Shown here piece after piece: positions 11,501 to 17,977 of a stretch of 64,000 bases of DNA (within the stretch, counting starts at the first letter, position 1; the number at the start of each line of letters is the position of its first letter). Source of the stretch: a virus; IMG/VR virus record IMGVR_UViG_3300023109_000011, positions 34,113 to 98,112 of that record, one strand, 5' to 3'. Both the position numbers and the translations under genes were made by a program. The notes beneath the pieces are model-generated. The model worked only from the letters and a program-made list of their open reading frames with translations, was not told the DNA's origin and ran no database searches.

Positions 11501-14474
11501 TGTAAGTATCAATAGCAAGAGCTGACAATTGTGATGTGCCAGCAAAGTCACCATAATAAAGAGTATCGTTTTGATCGTAGAAAGCAGGTGAACGCATTTG
11601 GTTATTTGCTAAGACATAACCATTTTGAACTCTTAATCTTTCTGCACCACCTGTAACAACTGCAAATTGGTCAGCTGCTGGGAAATGAATGTAAGTATTA
11701 GTATCTCCATCGTGAATAATCTCACCAACTAAACTAATATCATTTACACGAGATGTACTCGCTGGATCCATGTAGTAAGTAGCATTGCTACTATCGTAAT
11801 ATCTTCCAGCATATAGATTTGGGAAAATACCATCAAGACTTGAAGTGACGTAAGTCGTATCAATTAAAAGTCTTTCAGTACCATCAGTTGCAAATCGTAT
11901 ATTATTATTCGATGGGAATCCGAGATAGGTAGTTGTATTACCACGATGTCTTACATAATCATCAATGTCTACAGTATTTAATTGTGAGTCACCAGCAGGG
12001 TCTGCAAAATAATTAGTATCATCAGCATCAACAAATCTCGCTGCAGTAACATCGCCTGTAAATGTACCACTACCACCTGAAACGTCTCCACCAAAGTCAC
12101 CATCACCAGTAACATCAAGGTCACCGGTAATATCTACACCAGCATCATTAACTTCTAATCTTTGAGCACCACCGGTTTGAACTTCCCAACGATTTGCGCC
12201 TGGGAAATTAAGGAACGTGTCGGTATCACCATCGTGAACAACGGTTCCTGTCATTGTAATTGTATTTACGCGAGAGCCAGAAGCTGGATCTAAATAGAAG
12301 GTAGCATCGTTGCCATCGTAGAAAATAGGTGCTGTAACACTTACCGTTGAATCAAATGCTACTTTAGCTGATATGCTTGCGTTACTAATATACAAACGCT
12401 CAGCACCACCAGTGGCTAATCGTATTTGATCAGCACCAACAAACCCGAAGTAAGTATCCGTATCGCCATTGTGACGAATATAAGAATCAAGGTCAATTTG
12501 ACTCATTACGGAGGTACCATGGAAGTCTCCGTAATAGTTGTTATCGTTTGAATCGTAGAAGACTGGTGCATAAACATTTACAGTAAAGTCTGCACTATTA
12601 TTATCTACACTGTATCGAAGAGTACCGCCGGTGTATACTCCGAAAGTATCAGCAGATGGGAATGTAATATAAGTGTCTGCATCACCGTTGTGACTAATAG
12701 AACCTTCCAATGCGATTCCATTAATTACAGATGTACCAGCAAAATCTCCATAGAAGCTACGATTATCTGAATCATAGTAAACAGGTGCTTGTACTTCTGT
12801 AAGTGCAGTGATGTAATCACCGGTGATACTATTTGAAGCACTCAGATTCGTTACAAATATTCCACTGGTGTTTGCAGTTAATTGAGTAGAGCCACCAGCA
12901 TCTACACCAATAGAGTCAGCACCAAATGTGACCTTTGTATCGACATCATTGTTATGAATGATAGCATCGTTAACAACGAGATTAGGAACATACGTATCAA
13001 GGTTAGCTAAGACTCTTGTGTTGTTAATATCTAACTGTGTATTTCCACCAGTCTGTAAAAGAATATTGTCTGTTTCAAAACTTAATCTTGTATCTGTATC
13101 GCCGTTATGGAAAAGATTATCATCAATTCCAATAGCGTGCATTGTTGAATCTGCATTTGGATTTACCACATAACTATTATTGTCTGCATCTATAAATCGT
13201 TGACCAATAACATCTGTTCCAGCCGATACAGTAGTACCAGCCGATACAGTAGTACCAGCTGTTACTGAACCGAGTGTTGCTTCAATATTACCGGCCGAAG
13301 CTGTAATGTTACCCGCGGTTGCGGTTATGTCTACACCTGCAGTTACATCAGTCGTAGCAATTACGTCCCGACCTGCGCTTACGTCTCGCCCTACAACCCA
13401 GTCATCATCACTGGTCGATCGAGCTGCATAGTTAAACGATGCATTTAAGAAACCAATAGTACCAGTTGTTGAGTATATTGCTCGATCTTGTCCAGATCCA
13501 TTAAATACGATCTGCGCAGGACCACCATCATCCCCGATAGTAAGGTCGCCTTCAATGGTTATATTACCTGTGGCTGTATCATCTGCGTCACTACGAAGGA
13601 ACTGAGAGGCTTCTAAGCCATCGACAGTGTCTGCATCAAAGCCATTTCCTGAGCCTTCATCAGCAGTCGTAATGATTCGACCTAAGTCTAGAAGCGAGCC
13701 GTTTCCTGCAAGCGAAATAAGTTTCCAGTAATCTGTACTCTCGTCCCATAGAATTTTTGGATTGTTTAAAGTACCACGCTCAATTTCAATACCACTATTT
13801 TCTGATGGGCTTGAACCTGTGTAATTACTATTAAGAGTAATAATATTATCAGCAAGTAAAATTTCTTCTGTATTAACAGTAGTTGTTGTACCTGAAACAG
13901 TAAGGTTACCGCTGACCGTAAGACTCTGTTGAATGGTATAGTTACCAGCCATGATGTCATCGACATCAGAACGAACGAGTTGAATTCCTTCAAGACCATC
14001 AACAGTATCTGCATCAAACCCATTTCCTGAGCCTTCATCAGCAGTTGTAATAATACGATTGTTATCAATGGTGGTGGTTGCTAATCCGTAGAATCGGTTA
14101 CCCGAAGAACTGATTGCAAGCCGAGGAGAGTTGTTATAGAGTATACGAACACCAGGTGTGGAGTCGTAGAATATGATTCCGTTGTTTTGCTGAGAGTTGA
14201 CAAGTTTATAGTCGCCTGTACCCGAGTTGAGAATCTGGAGTGAATCAGAGTCTCCTACAAATTCTGCGATAGGTGGGGAAAACAAACTGCCGGCACTATT
14301 AGTAACTTTTAATGATGGAGTGCTAAAATCGTTTTGATCGATTACCACTTCACCCGAGAACTTAGATTCTCCAGTTACCTGTAGTTTTTGCCCGTTGTCG
14401 GTGGTTGTTCCAATGACAACGTTTTGCGACGTTTGTAGTCCATTTTTGACTATAAACTTTTTATCATTTGCCAT
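2520..14474 (-). CDS. Giant long tail fibre (~3984 aa) with C-terminal S74 intramolecular chaperone
   Basis: Start placed at ATG 14474 (MANDKKF) because the GGGGAG SD lies at 14485-14490. C-terminus reads SSDERLKENIVTIENAVDKVKKLRGVEYNWK...IGLIAQEV...LLVEAVKEQQ followed by a coiled coil. About 26 'P.FYD.N.T.YY.DP..TS' linkers and knob-like modules. Confidence 0.9.
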   Translation of the reverse strand: MANDKKFIVKNGLQTSQNVVIGTTTDNGQKLQVTGESKFSGEVVIDQNDFSTPSLKVTNSAGSLFSPPIAEFVGDSDSLQILNSGTGDYKLVNSQQNNGIIFYDSTPGVRILYNNSPRLAISSSGNRFYGLATTTIDNNRIITTADEGSGNGFDADTVDGLEGIQLVRSDVDDIMAGNYTIQQSLTVSGNLTVSGTTTTVNTEEILLADNIITLNSNYTGSSPSENSGIEIERGTLNNPKILWDESTDYWKLISLAGNGSLLDLGRIITTADEGSGNGFDADTVDGLEASQFLRSDADDTATGNITIEGDLTIGDDGGPAQIVFNGSGQDRAIYSTTGTIGFLNASFNYAARSTSDDDWVVGRDVSAGRDVIATTDVTAGVDITATAGNITASAGNIEATLGSVTAGTTVSAGTTVSAGTDVIGQRFIDADNNSYVVNPNADSTMHAIGIDDNLFHNGDTDTRLSFETDNILLQTGGNTQLDINNTRVLANLDTYVPNLVVNDAIIHNNDVDTKVTFGADSIGVDAGGSTQLTANTSGIFVTNLSASNSITGDYITALTEVQAPVYYDSDNRSFYGDFAGTSVINGIALEGSISHNGDADTYITFPSADTFGVYTGGTLRYSVDNNSADFTVNVYAPVFYDSNDNNYYGDFHGTSVMSQIDLDSYIRHNGDTDTYFGFVGADQIRLATGGAERLYISNASISAKVAFDSTVSVTAPIFYDGNDATFYLDPASGSRVNTITMTGTVVHDGDTDTFLNFPGANRWEVQTGGAQRLEVNDAGVDITGDLDVTGDGDFGGDVSGGSGTFTGDVTAARFVDADDTNYFADPAGDSQLNTVDIDDYVRHRGNTTTYLGFPSNNNIRFATDGTERLLIDTTYVTSSLDGIFPNLYAGRYYDSSNATYYMDPASTSRVNDISLVGEIIHDGDTNTYIHFPAADQFAVVTGGAERLRVQNGYVLANNQMRSPAFYDQNDTLYYGDFAGTSQLSALAIDTYMRHRGDTTTYLGFDADDSITFVTDNVERVNITNTNTTVFSDLLANRFVDRSDGAYFVDPASTDTAATLNGKVLIGNVSDAARWDDSTGNGGISLMNHGSYASGQNTTVGISGNSAGGYALMYMNIIDASANPYANGNRYINFYHDGANGTQFRGDSSGNFYIVPPAGTTAGFWDTGGGEILVAEETNNNVIVGGSSVTYTSMDNTPLVGSITNSKLHVNGGIQLNGNDDAIVFGRGTSSFLKDEELGFGWGGGWYMTDATYLRVRNNKALYSTGSAYFSIVYDSDDVNYYGDFAGTSQMNRIDIDDYIRHRGDTNTFFGFEANDTFRIWTNGTQRFNIDNNSADFAVNVYAPRYYDSNSTAYYIEPGDGAKLLGNFEFASSSTGTGYSTASIELRESNYTATGAATPPYLGFHWGGVVASNIAIESDGTIAIRNNPGTGYEKFKSSQITTQVFYDMDDTTYRLNPNGSGLADNRLNRLTISNGSYGLLNGHNDEYHGIIFRGYPTNATTGYALLDRISFMEYGGDFRFYRKNGSALTELAIINTDYLSHYSDVRAPIFYDSNNTAYYGDFASRSVLNQLTVGSTSSIVTNATLDIAGPVAVRGATNIYFGVSTTNYGSWQSRLYNRTSGTLASDAQEFEWGNVGYGSGAARMFFTAASGILQVTGDMRAPLFYDRNDTNYFVDPNSTSRLATLRTNRIYFAYDNSTDTYMDWPGGNYGSMSVHGSGKGGWQGYSIADRFVFMSSSADEAGIYNDIDNEWMTIWRRGGSTELHFNGTKQAETENGYFLANNQMRAPIYYDSNDTNYYGNFASGNTSTAVRVNGIYDRLGFQTSGNGSNNVLLRAQDYTHWIWQTASNWGIFWAGNDNPAYSHFSTSNPNEIVFVGSGQLRASIDLDNGNAHFIGNVSAGNFLLNGGNENIGLIKSYGSGGADLVLFDATEYFDKRVIKPMADNESALTGTTSEFVRTTDGPFAGSYVLQSAAYRTFYSDYIPVAPGEEIYGEISHKLISGSGGLLYYGIERFDSQKRAIAGNTGTTYFVSGGSNFTNTSWQTQRGHTTIPSSHTPYNGSDGGGCYYVRIRILMNYNAGGALRQYGGIMLKRRNAESNLLADDIRALDRIDAQGIIESAASVRAPIFYDTDDTAYYTNPHAESRINSMRTAGQVVIGGTFQNNPYSSTTGARLMFGGGDSNAAGNYFIGTNMENYGGNYTKLDLRWHTGIRMGAQAVYGGTRFYNNEDLSSLLFSVGRGDTHTRVESSNLYVMAGDARAQIFYDIQDTAYYANPNATSRFLQQRIVHRLHIGDETNLYNGILEGSALNRPDLVIKGQYPQLNLMSTQISNGTHGPTLRFAAYDSANASSGNFKHWVIGIAGTNATSLHFGYSPNQTNPHYGIGRGWSSGNNVSIMWIQNDRQVYTENSFRAPIFYDRNNTNYYIHGDNTSELYDLRLRGNYVRTYRHSGSDFTLGTLVSTSIPATATSGASFVLEATGKSYSGDPPFSFTAQGYLYYDTIINYSGQHFGKPGFADMQVFQYNGTLHFWWPRVSYWNSFSVHVRDAGGDDRNLVTNITNSSLPGGRTKERTIVMKVTATYNQNINTGDMYAKRYYDSDNTNYYADPNSTSRMNTLSVDRINYLGGAPAYFYTSSGNLRGYIRATESDDSHFEFATSGNEDIIFRDGGFGGSWNQIIRGNGQVLISGRLDVPIMYDYNDSAYYTDPRSNTRLNTLEVVSTLTSNGQFYANDPTDYWSTSISGLTNAPISTRNRDYNVGGTSRYLPLTHQTALYSSGYRTHVNTGLYKYASGWGGGRSSWYAAIGGNDSYPTQAWYLAYDGYINNSLGYVSTFGSFRAPIFYDTNNTGRYLDPNGTSRLQRVEFYGRTQFIGREGDSGGSAAYAGGRLAEYMGNVAAEFHSGNDQPVSLYFRSGVNAPSDFGYITYDPDYDNTGENGAMVIGSENDGLGSSDYIRLQARTVIDSDSISSDNTTMLDVRYQNTTYSRINTDYLDHISDIRAPIFYDRDNTGYYGNFNSTSQFHYVLANNWFRAQGSTGFYFQDYGKGMWAPEAGGNSYGNVTTYNTGRNGWSGWGIGSRHVFMSTGGDNVGIHDNSRGWIYYWNGSYNEFTYGYTVMRGSARAPLFYDLDDTGYRWNGASDNSSRFRGVDNLTMAFQALSGQTRSSAEYYKARPRITGDTNYWTGAMGWSRVDMNTVADWGSGFIDSWSNPGNQPSGTSHWVGMQAYHYTNGSARYGWQMVGGPVTNLRFRSTWSSFRTWRTIPVMGENSNNTGGLYADIFYDSNNSNYFCDPAGRSRLSSIDYGNSGYYLHGGSWGWRHQTPYGYIEFGPANGSHAHIYTDRSNFYFNVNEMYMNGRAILKENYWNGSKYFGSDGAIYGTIFYDSNNSGYYIDPASGHSTRFEGVNNRTMAWINQPGHTRNSGEYYRARPRITSDTNYWTGAMGWGTQDMNVVSTWGSGFIDSWSNPGNQPSGTSHWVGIQSYHYRSSNTSGYGWQMVGGPITNLRFRSAWGGWRTWRTIPVLDENNGNGGSMYAGRYYDTNNTGYYIDPASTSIINTTNQNGYHTFNNYGLGVTGTYTSTRLQLVFAMGSSYRPNSAGTSAANMYGIGWSHPNAGGLGGANQLNDHGMLIINNGSFRAAISSRAVFSSDVRTPIYYDWNDTGYYLDPNSTSNSALRIRGGTLHGPNPSWGQYLYVGGNGHWTGSYASVATTNGNLHLDSRSGYSTYINWYVGGTMYVNATVQDNGLRYYRSNTAMLIDIRGTENTSRMGRITLNDGVVLRSPDGNYGSFCVDGASRGGYEGFSIGDRVVMMHNNGGVAGMYNDVNNEWMMRFDLNSYCILYHDGSEKLRTRTNGIQAQGFFYSSDERLKENIVTIENAVDKVKKLRGVEYNWKDSGDKDIGLIAQEVQEVIPEVVVVQDTSDNTSDDPNAPASKPAHNDGIEDVLSIEYGHLVGLLVEAVKEQQEQIDSQANQIEELKGMVQQLLKG
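3915..5000 (-). repeat. Tandem duplicated knob-like module within the giant fibre (offset ~771 bp)
   Basis: ARPRIT.DTNYWTGAMGW...WGSGFIDSWSNPGNQPSGTSHWVG.Q.YHY...YGWQMVGGP.TNLRFRS.W...RTWRTIPV occurs twice. Near-identical nucleotide cores begin at 4051 and 4822. Confidence 0.9.
13219..13259. repeat. Perfect 18-bp tandem repeat (2.3 copies) in fibre gene
   Basis: ccagccgatacagtagta twice plus ccagc; encodes AGTTVSAGTTVSAG. Confidence 0.9.
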
Positions 14475-14514
14475 ACGGTTCACTCTCCCCAGATTGGCGG
14501 TTTAAATTATTCAA

Positions 14515-17500
14515 TTAATCTTTAATAAGCGTTGCGGCTATTTTGTAATCCGTTGCAGTTGTTGATGTCGCTGATACTGACAGTTCTACATTTCCTCCTG
14601 CTATTCCAACATCATAATTTGCTAAAGAGTTGTTAGTATATATTGTAGCAAACTCAGTAGCAGATGCGGTTGTATCATTATGCACCACTAACAACTTGGT
14701 GACATGTCTATTTATCCCTTGAGTAGCTGTGATCACGAGCTCAGCTGAATTATAAGTTGCGTAATCAAAATCAAATATAACAGTGCTACTTGTTGATGAA
14801 GTACTACCTGATCCTGAAGTATGAGTTACATGATCAGTTACAACGTTGTTTGCTATGAGATCTGGAACCGTAAGGTTACCAGTCATAGTGTCACCGACAA
14901 GGTTTACATATCTCGCATCAGCAATTGCGATCGTAATTACAGAAAGATTACCTTTCGTGTATCCTTGTACGTGACCAAACTTATCGAAAGTAAAGCTTGA
15001 AATTACCTCAGCCTGACCAAGATCAAGTAAGCCGGTATTTGCAGCACCGGCTGATGTGGCGTGACTAATAGTAACGTTAGAGGTAAGTTGACCTCCTCCT
15101 ACTAATCCCTCACCAGCAATTACATGTACATCACTACCTACAGTGTTATTTAAGAAACCATCAATTTCAGTTTCTGTATAGTATCTATTATCGAGCTGGC
15201 CAGCATCTAATTCTGTTTCAGTATAATAAAGATCATTTAATTGACCGGCGTCTAATTCAGTTTCAGTATAATATCTTAAGTCTAAATCTGTAGATGCAAC
15301 CGTTTGAACATGACCAAATGTATCGAATGTGATATCTTGTAGTACATTACCATCAGCGTTATCTACATCAGAAACTGAAGATGTATCATCGTGGTCAATT
15401 GTAATTGATCCATTAGCAGATTGGTTTAGATTAAACGATCCTCCACCCGCAATAGCATTTCCAGCAGTAATTGTTACTGTTGCATTACTTACATTATTTG
15501 CTGCTTGGGCCGATGCTGCATTAATAATGTCGAGAGCATGTTGACCATCAAGTAAATCAGCATCTAAAGTTGAGCCGACACCGTCTGCATCTAAAATAAC
15601 TTGGAATATTTCTGTATTCGATAAGCTGACATCAGCACCAACCTCGATACCGTCGAGTTTAGTACCATCAACCGAAACATCGCGACCATCAACAGTTCCA
15701 GTAATTGTAATATTACCAGTAACTCCGATGTTACCTGTTGAAATACCATCATTGAATACAGAAATATTTGTATCAAACTGTGTACCGTCACCAGTAATAA
15801 TTTGATATGTATTGTTAGCATTATACCAAGCGGTTGAGTCGATACCAGCAACGGCTGCTGTATTTGCTACTGTAATACGACCATCATCATCGATGGTAAC
15901 AATAGGAATCGATGTTGCACTACCATAAGTGCCTGCCACAACTCCTGTGTCTTCGAGCTCAGTGGCAATACTAATTGATCCATTAGCAAGATCAGTAAGT
16001 GTAGTTGTACCAGTACCTGTAACTTTACCAGTAAGTGCTAGGTCAATTGTTGGATCGGGCAGATTTGTAAAGTTAGGAAAGTCAAGATAGAATGTACCTT
16101 CTTGACCATCAAGTAAATCAGCGTCTAAACCTGAGCCAGCACCATCAACGTCTTTAACAGCTTCAAGTATATCTGTATTCGATCGATCAGGTGGAATGTT
16201 TGTAAAGTTATTATAGTCGAGATAGTATGTACCTTCTTGACCATCGAGTAAATCAGCATCAAGTAATGTACCTGTGCCATCAACAGTAAGAAGAGCTGAA
16301 AGTATTTCAGCCGGAGTTTGGTCTGCGGTTGCTCCTGGCTCGATACCATCAAGTTTTGTACCATCAGCTCCAACGTCGCGACCATCAACAGTTCCTGTGA
16401 CTGTAATATCACCAGTAACATCGACACCTGCACCAAAGTTGACATTTAAATCAAAGTCTGATATAATAGTATCAAACTGAGATCCGTCACCTGTATTGAT
16501 TTGGAATGTATTATTTGCAGAATACCAATCAGTTGAATCTACACCTTTTACAGCACCAGTGCCAACATTAGTTAATCGACCATCTTCATCAACCGTTATA
16601 ATTGGTATAGCAGAAGCTGAACCATATTGACCTGCTGTAACTGCAGTGTTTGCAAGCTCTGTTGTAATGCTAATCGATCCATTACCAAGATCTGTAAGAG
16701 TAGCACTACCTGTACCAGTAACTTTACCTGATAAAGTAACATCAACTACAGGATCAGGCAAATTCGTAAAGTTAGGGAAGTCAAGATAGTGAGTGCTGTC
16801 TTGTCCATCAAGTAGGTCGGCATCGAGTCCAGAGCCTGAACCATCAACAGCTTTAACAGCTTCGAGGATTTCAGTATTCGACATGTCGGCTGTTGCGCCG
16901 GATTCAATAGCATCAAGCTTTTGACCATCTGCTAATATGTCACGACCATCAACAGTACCAGTAACCGTAACATTGCCTGTTACATCAATGCCTGCACCGA
17001 AGTCTACGTTTAAATCGAATTGAGATATTTGCTCATCAAAGGAAGAGCCATCAACTGTGTTAATTTGGAAAGTATTATTTGCGGTGTACCATGCTGTATC
17101 AGACACACCTGCTACATCTACATCTGCTGCTGCAGTTAATCGACCGTCTTCATCGACAGTAAATGTTGGAATCTGAGAAGCTGAACCGTAAGAGCCTGCG
17201 GTAACTGTAGTATTTGCTAGTTCAGCAGCAATGTTAATTGTGCCATCAGCAAGGTCGGTTAAAGTGGTCGTCCCTGAACCAGTTACTTTCCCCGTAATAT
17301 TAACATCAATTGTTGGATCAGGTTTGTTTGTAAAATTAGGAAAATCTAAATAATGCGAACCTTCCTGTCCGTCCAACAGATCAGCGTCAAAGCCATTCCC
17401 AGCACCAGCATCGCTTGTAGTAATGATCCGCCCTGTTGTTCCACCCGAAGCAATTTCCCAATAACCATTTGCTTCATTCCATTGTAGAACAACATTTGAT

Positions 17501-17943
17501 TCTGTACCACGCTCAACTTCGAGACCAGCATCTTGACTAGGAGTGCCGGTTTCATTTGAGTTAAGAGTTATCTTATTGTCAGCAAGTAGAATCTCTTCTG
17601 TGCTAACGGTGGTGGTATTACCAGTAACTGTAAGATCGCCCGTAATCGTAAGACTACCATCGAAGATATCATCTTCATCCGAGCGTAAGAATTGTAAGGA
17701 GTCAAGTCCATCAAAGAGATCGGCATCTAAACCTGAGTTTGCCCCGTCAACGGTTTTAATTAAATCAAGAAGATCTTGAGGGTCAGCACTAAACTCGACA
17801 ATGGATTGAATTCCACCGACGTCCTGTTTAATGAAGATTTTGCCATCGACCGTGTTGATAGCAAGTTCGCCTAACTCCAGCTGGGCTGTCGTCGGAATGC
17901 GACCTGCAACGGCGCTTCTTCTAAGCTTAATTAACGTTGACAT
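14515..17943 (-). CDS. Tail fibre protein with Mtd_N/hyaluronidase-type N-terminus and internal triplication
   Basis: N-terminal IKLRRSAVAGRIPTTAQLELGELAINTVDGKIFIK, repeated GLDADLLDG, three copies of a ~190-aa module containing AG.YGSA..IP..TVD.DGR.T, and YYTETELDAGQL repeats. Confidence 0.8.
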   Translation of the reverse strand: MSTLIKLRRSAVAGRIPTTAQLELGELAINTVDGKIFIKQDVGGIQSIVEFSADPQDLLDLIKTVDGANSGLDADLFDGLDSLQFLRSDEDDIFDGSLTITGDLTVTGNTTTVSTEEILLADNKITLNSNETGTPSQDAGLEVERGTESNVVLQWNEANGYWEIASGGTTGRIITTSDAGAGNGFDADLLDGQEGSHYLDFPNFTNKPDPTIDVNITGKVTGSGTTTLTDLADGTINIAAELANTTVTAGSYGSASQIPTFTVDEDGRLTAAADVDVAGVSDTAWYTANNTFQINTVDGSSFDEQISQFDLNVDFGAGIDVTGNVTVTGTVDGRDILADGQKLDAIESGATADMSNTEILEAVKAVDGSGSGLDADLLDGQDSTHYLDFPNFTNLPDPVVDVTLSGKVTGTGSATLTDLGNGSISITTELANTAVTAGQYGSASAIPIITVDEDGRLTNVGTGAVKGVDSTDWYSANNTFQINTGDGSQFDTIISDFDLNVNFGAGVDVTGDITVTGTVDGRDVGADGTKLDGIEPGATADQTPAEILSALLTVDGTGTLLDADLLDGQEGTYYLDYNNFTNIPPDRSNTDILEAVKDVDGAGSGLDADLLDGQEGTFYLDFPNFTNLPDPTIDLALTGKVTGTGTTTLTDLANGSISIATELEDTGVVAGTYGSATSIPIVTIDDDGRITVANTAAVAGIDSTAWYNANNTYQIITGDGTQFDTNISVFNDGISTGNIGVTGNITITGTVDGRDVSVDGTKLDGIEVGADVSLSNTEIFQVILDADGVGSTLDADLLDGQHALDIINAASAQAANNVSNATVTITAGNAIAGGGSFNLNQSANGSITIDHDDTSSVSDVDNADGNVLQDITFDTFGHVQTVASTDLDLRYYTETELDAGQLNDLYYTETELDAGQLDNRYYTETEIDGFLNNTVGSDVHVIAGEGLVGGGQLTSNVTISHATSAGAANTGLLDLGQAEVISSFTFDKFGHVQGYTKGNLSVITIAIADARYVNLVGDTMTGNLTVPDLIANNVVTDHVTHTSGSGSTSSTSSTVIFDFDYATYNSAELVITATQGINRHVTKLLVVHNDTTASATEFATIYTNNSLANYDVGIAGGNVELSVSATSTTATDYKIAATLIKD

Positions 17944-17977
17944 ATATATGTCCCTTTGTCACACCTATAAAGGCGAG

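Noticed and set aside
3480-13210. Shufflon or invertible fibre cassettes
   Set aside because: No recombinase, no inverted cassettes, and the linkers are conserved at protein level rather than as exact nucleotide sites.
14475-14483. GTG start at 14483 for the giant fibre
   Set aside because: It directly abuts the SD; ATG 14474 has proper SD spacing.
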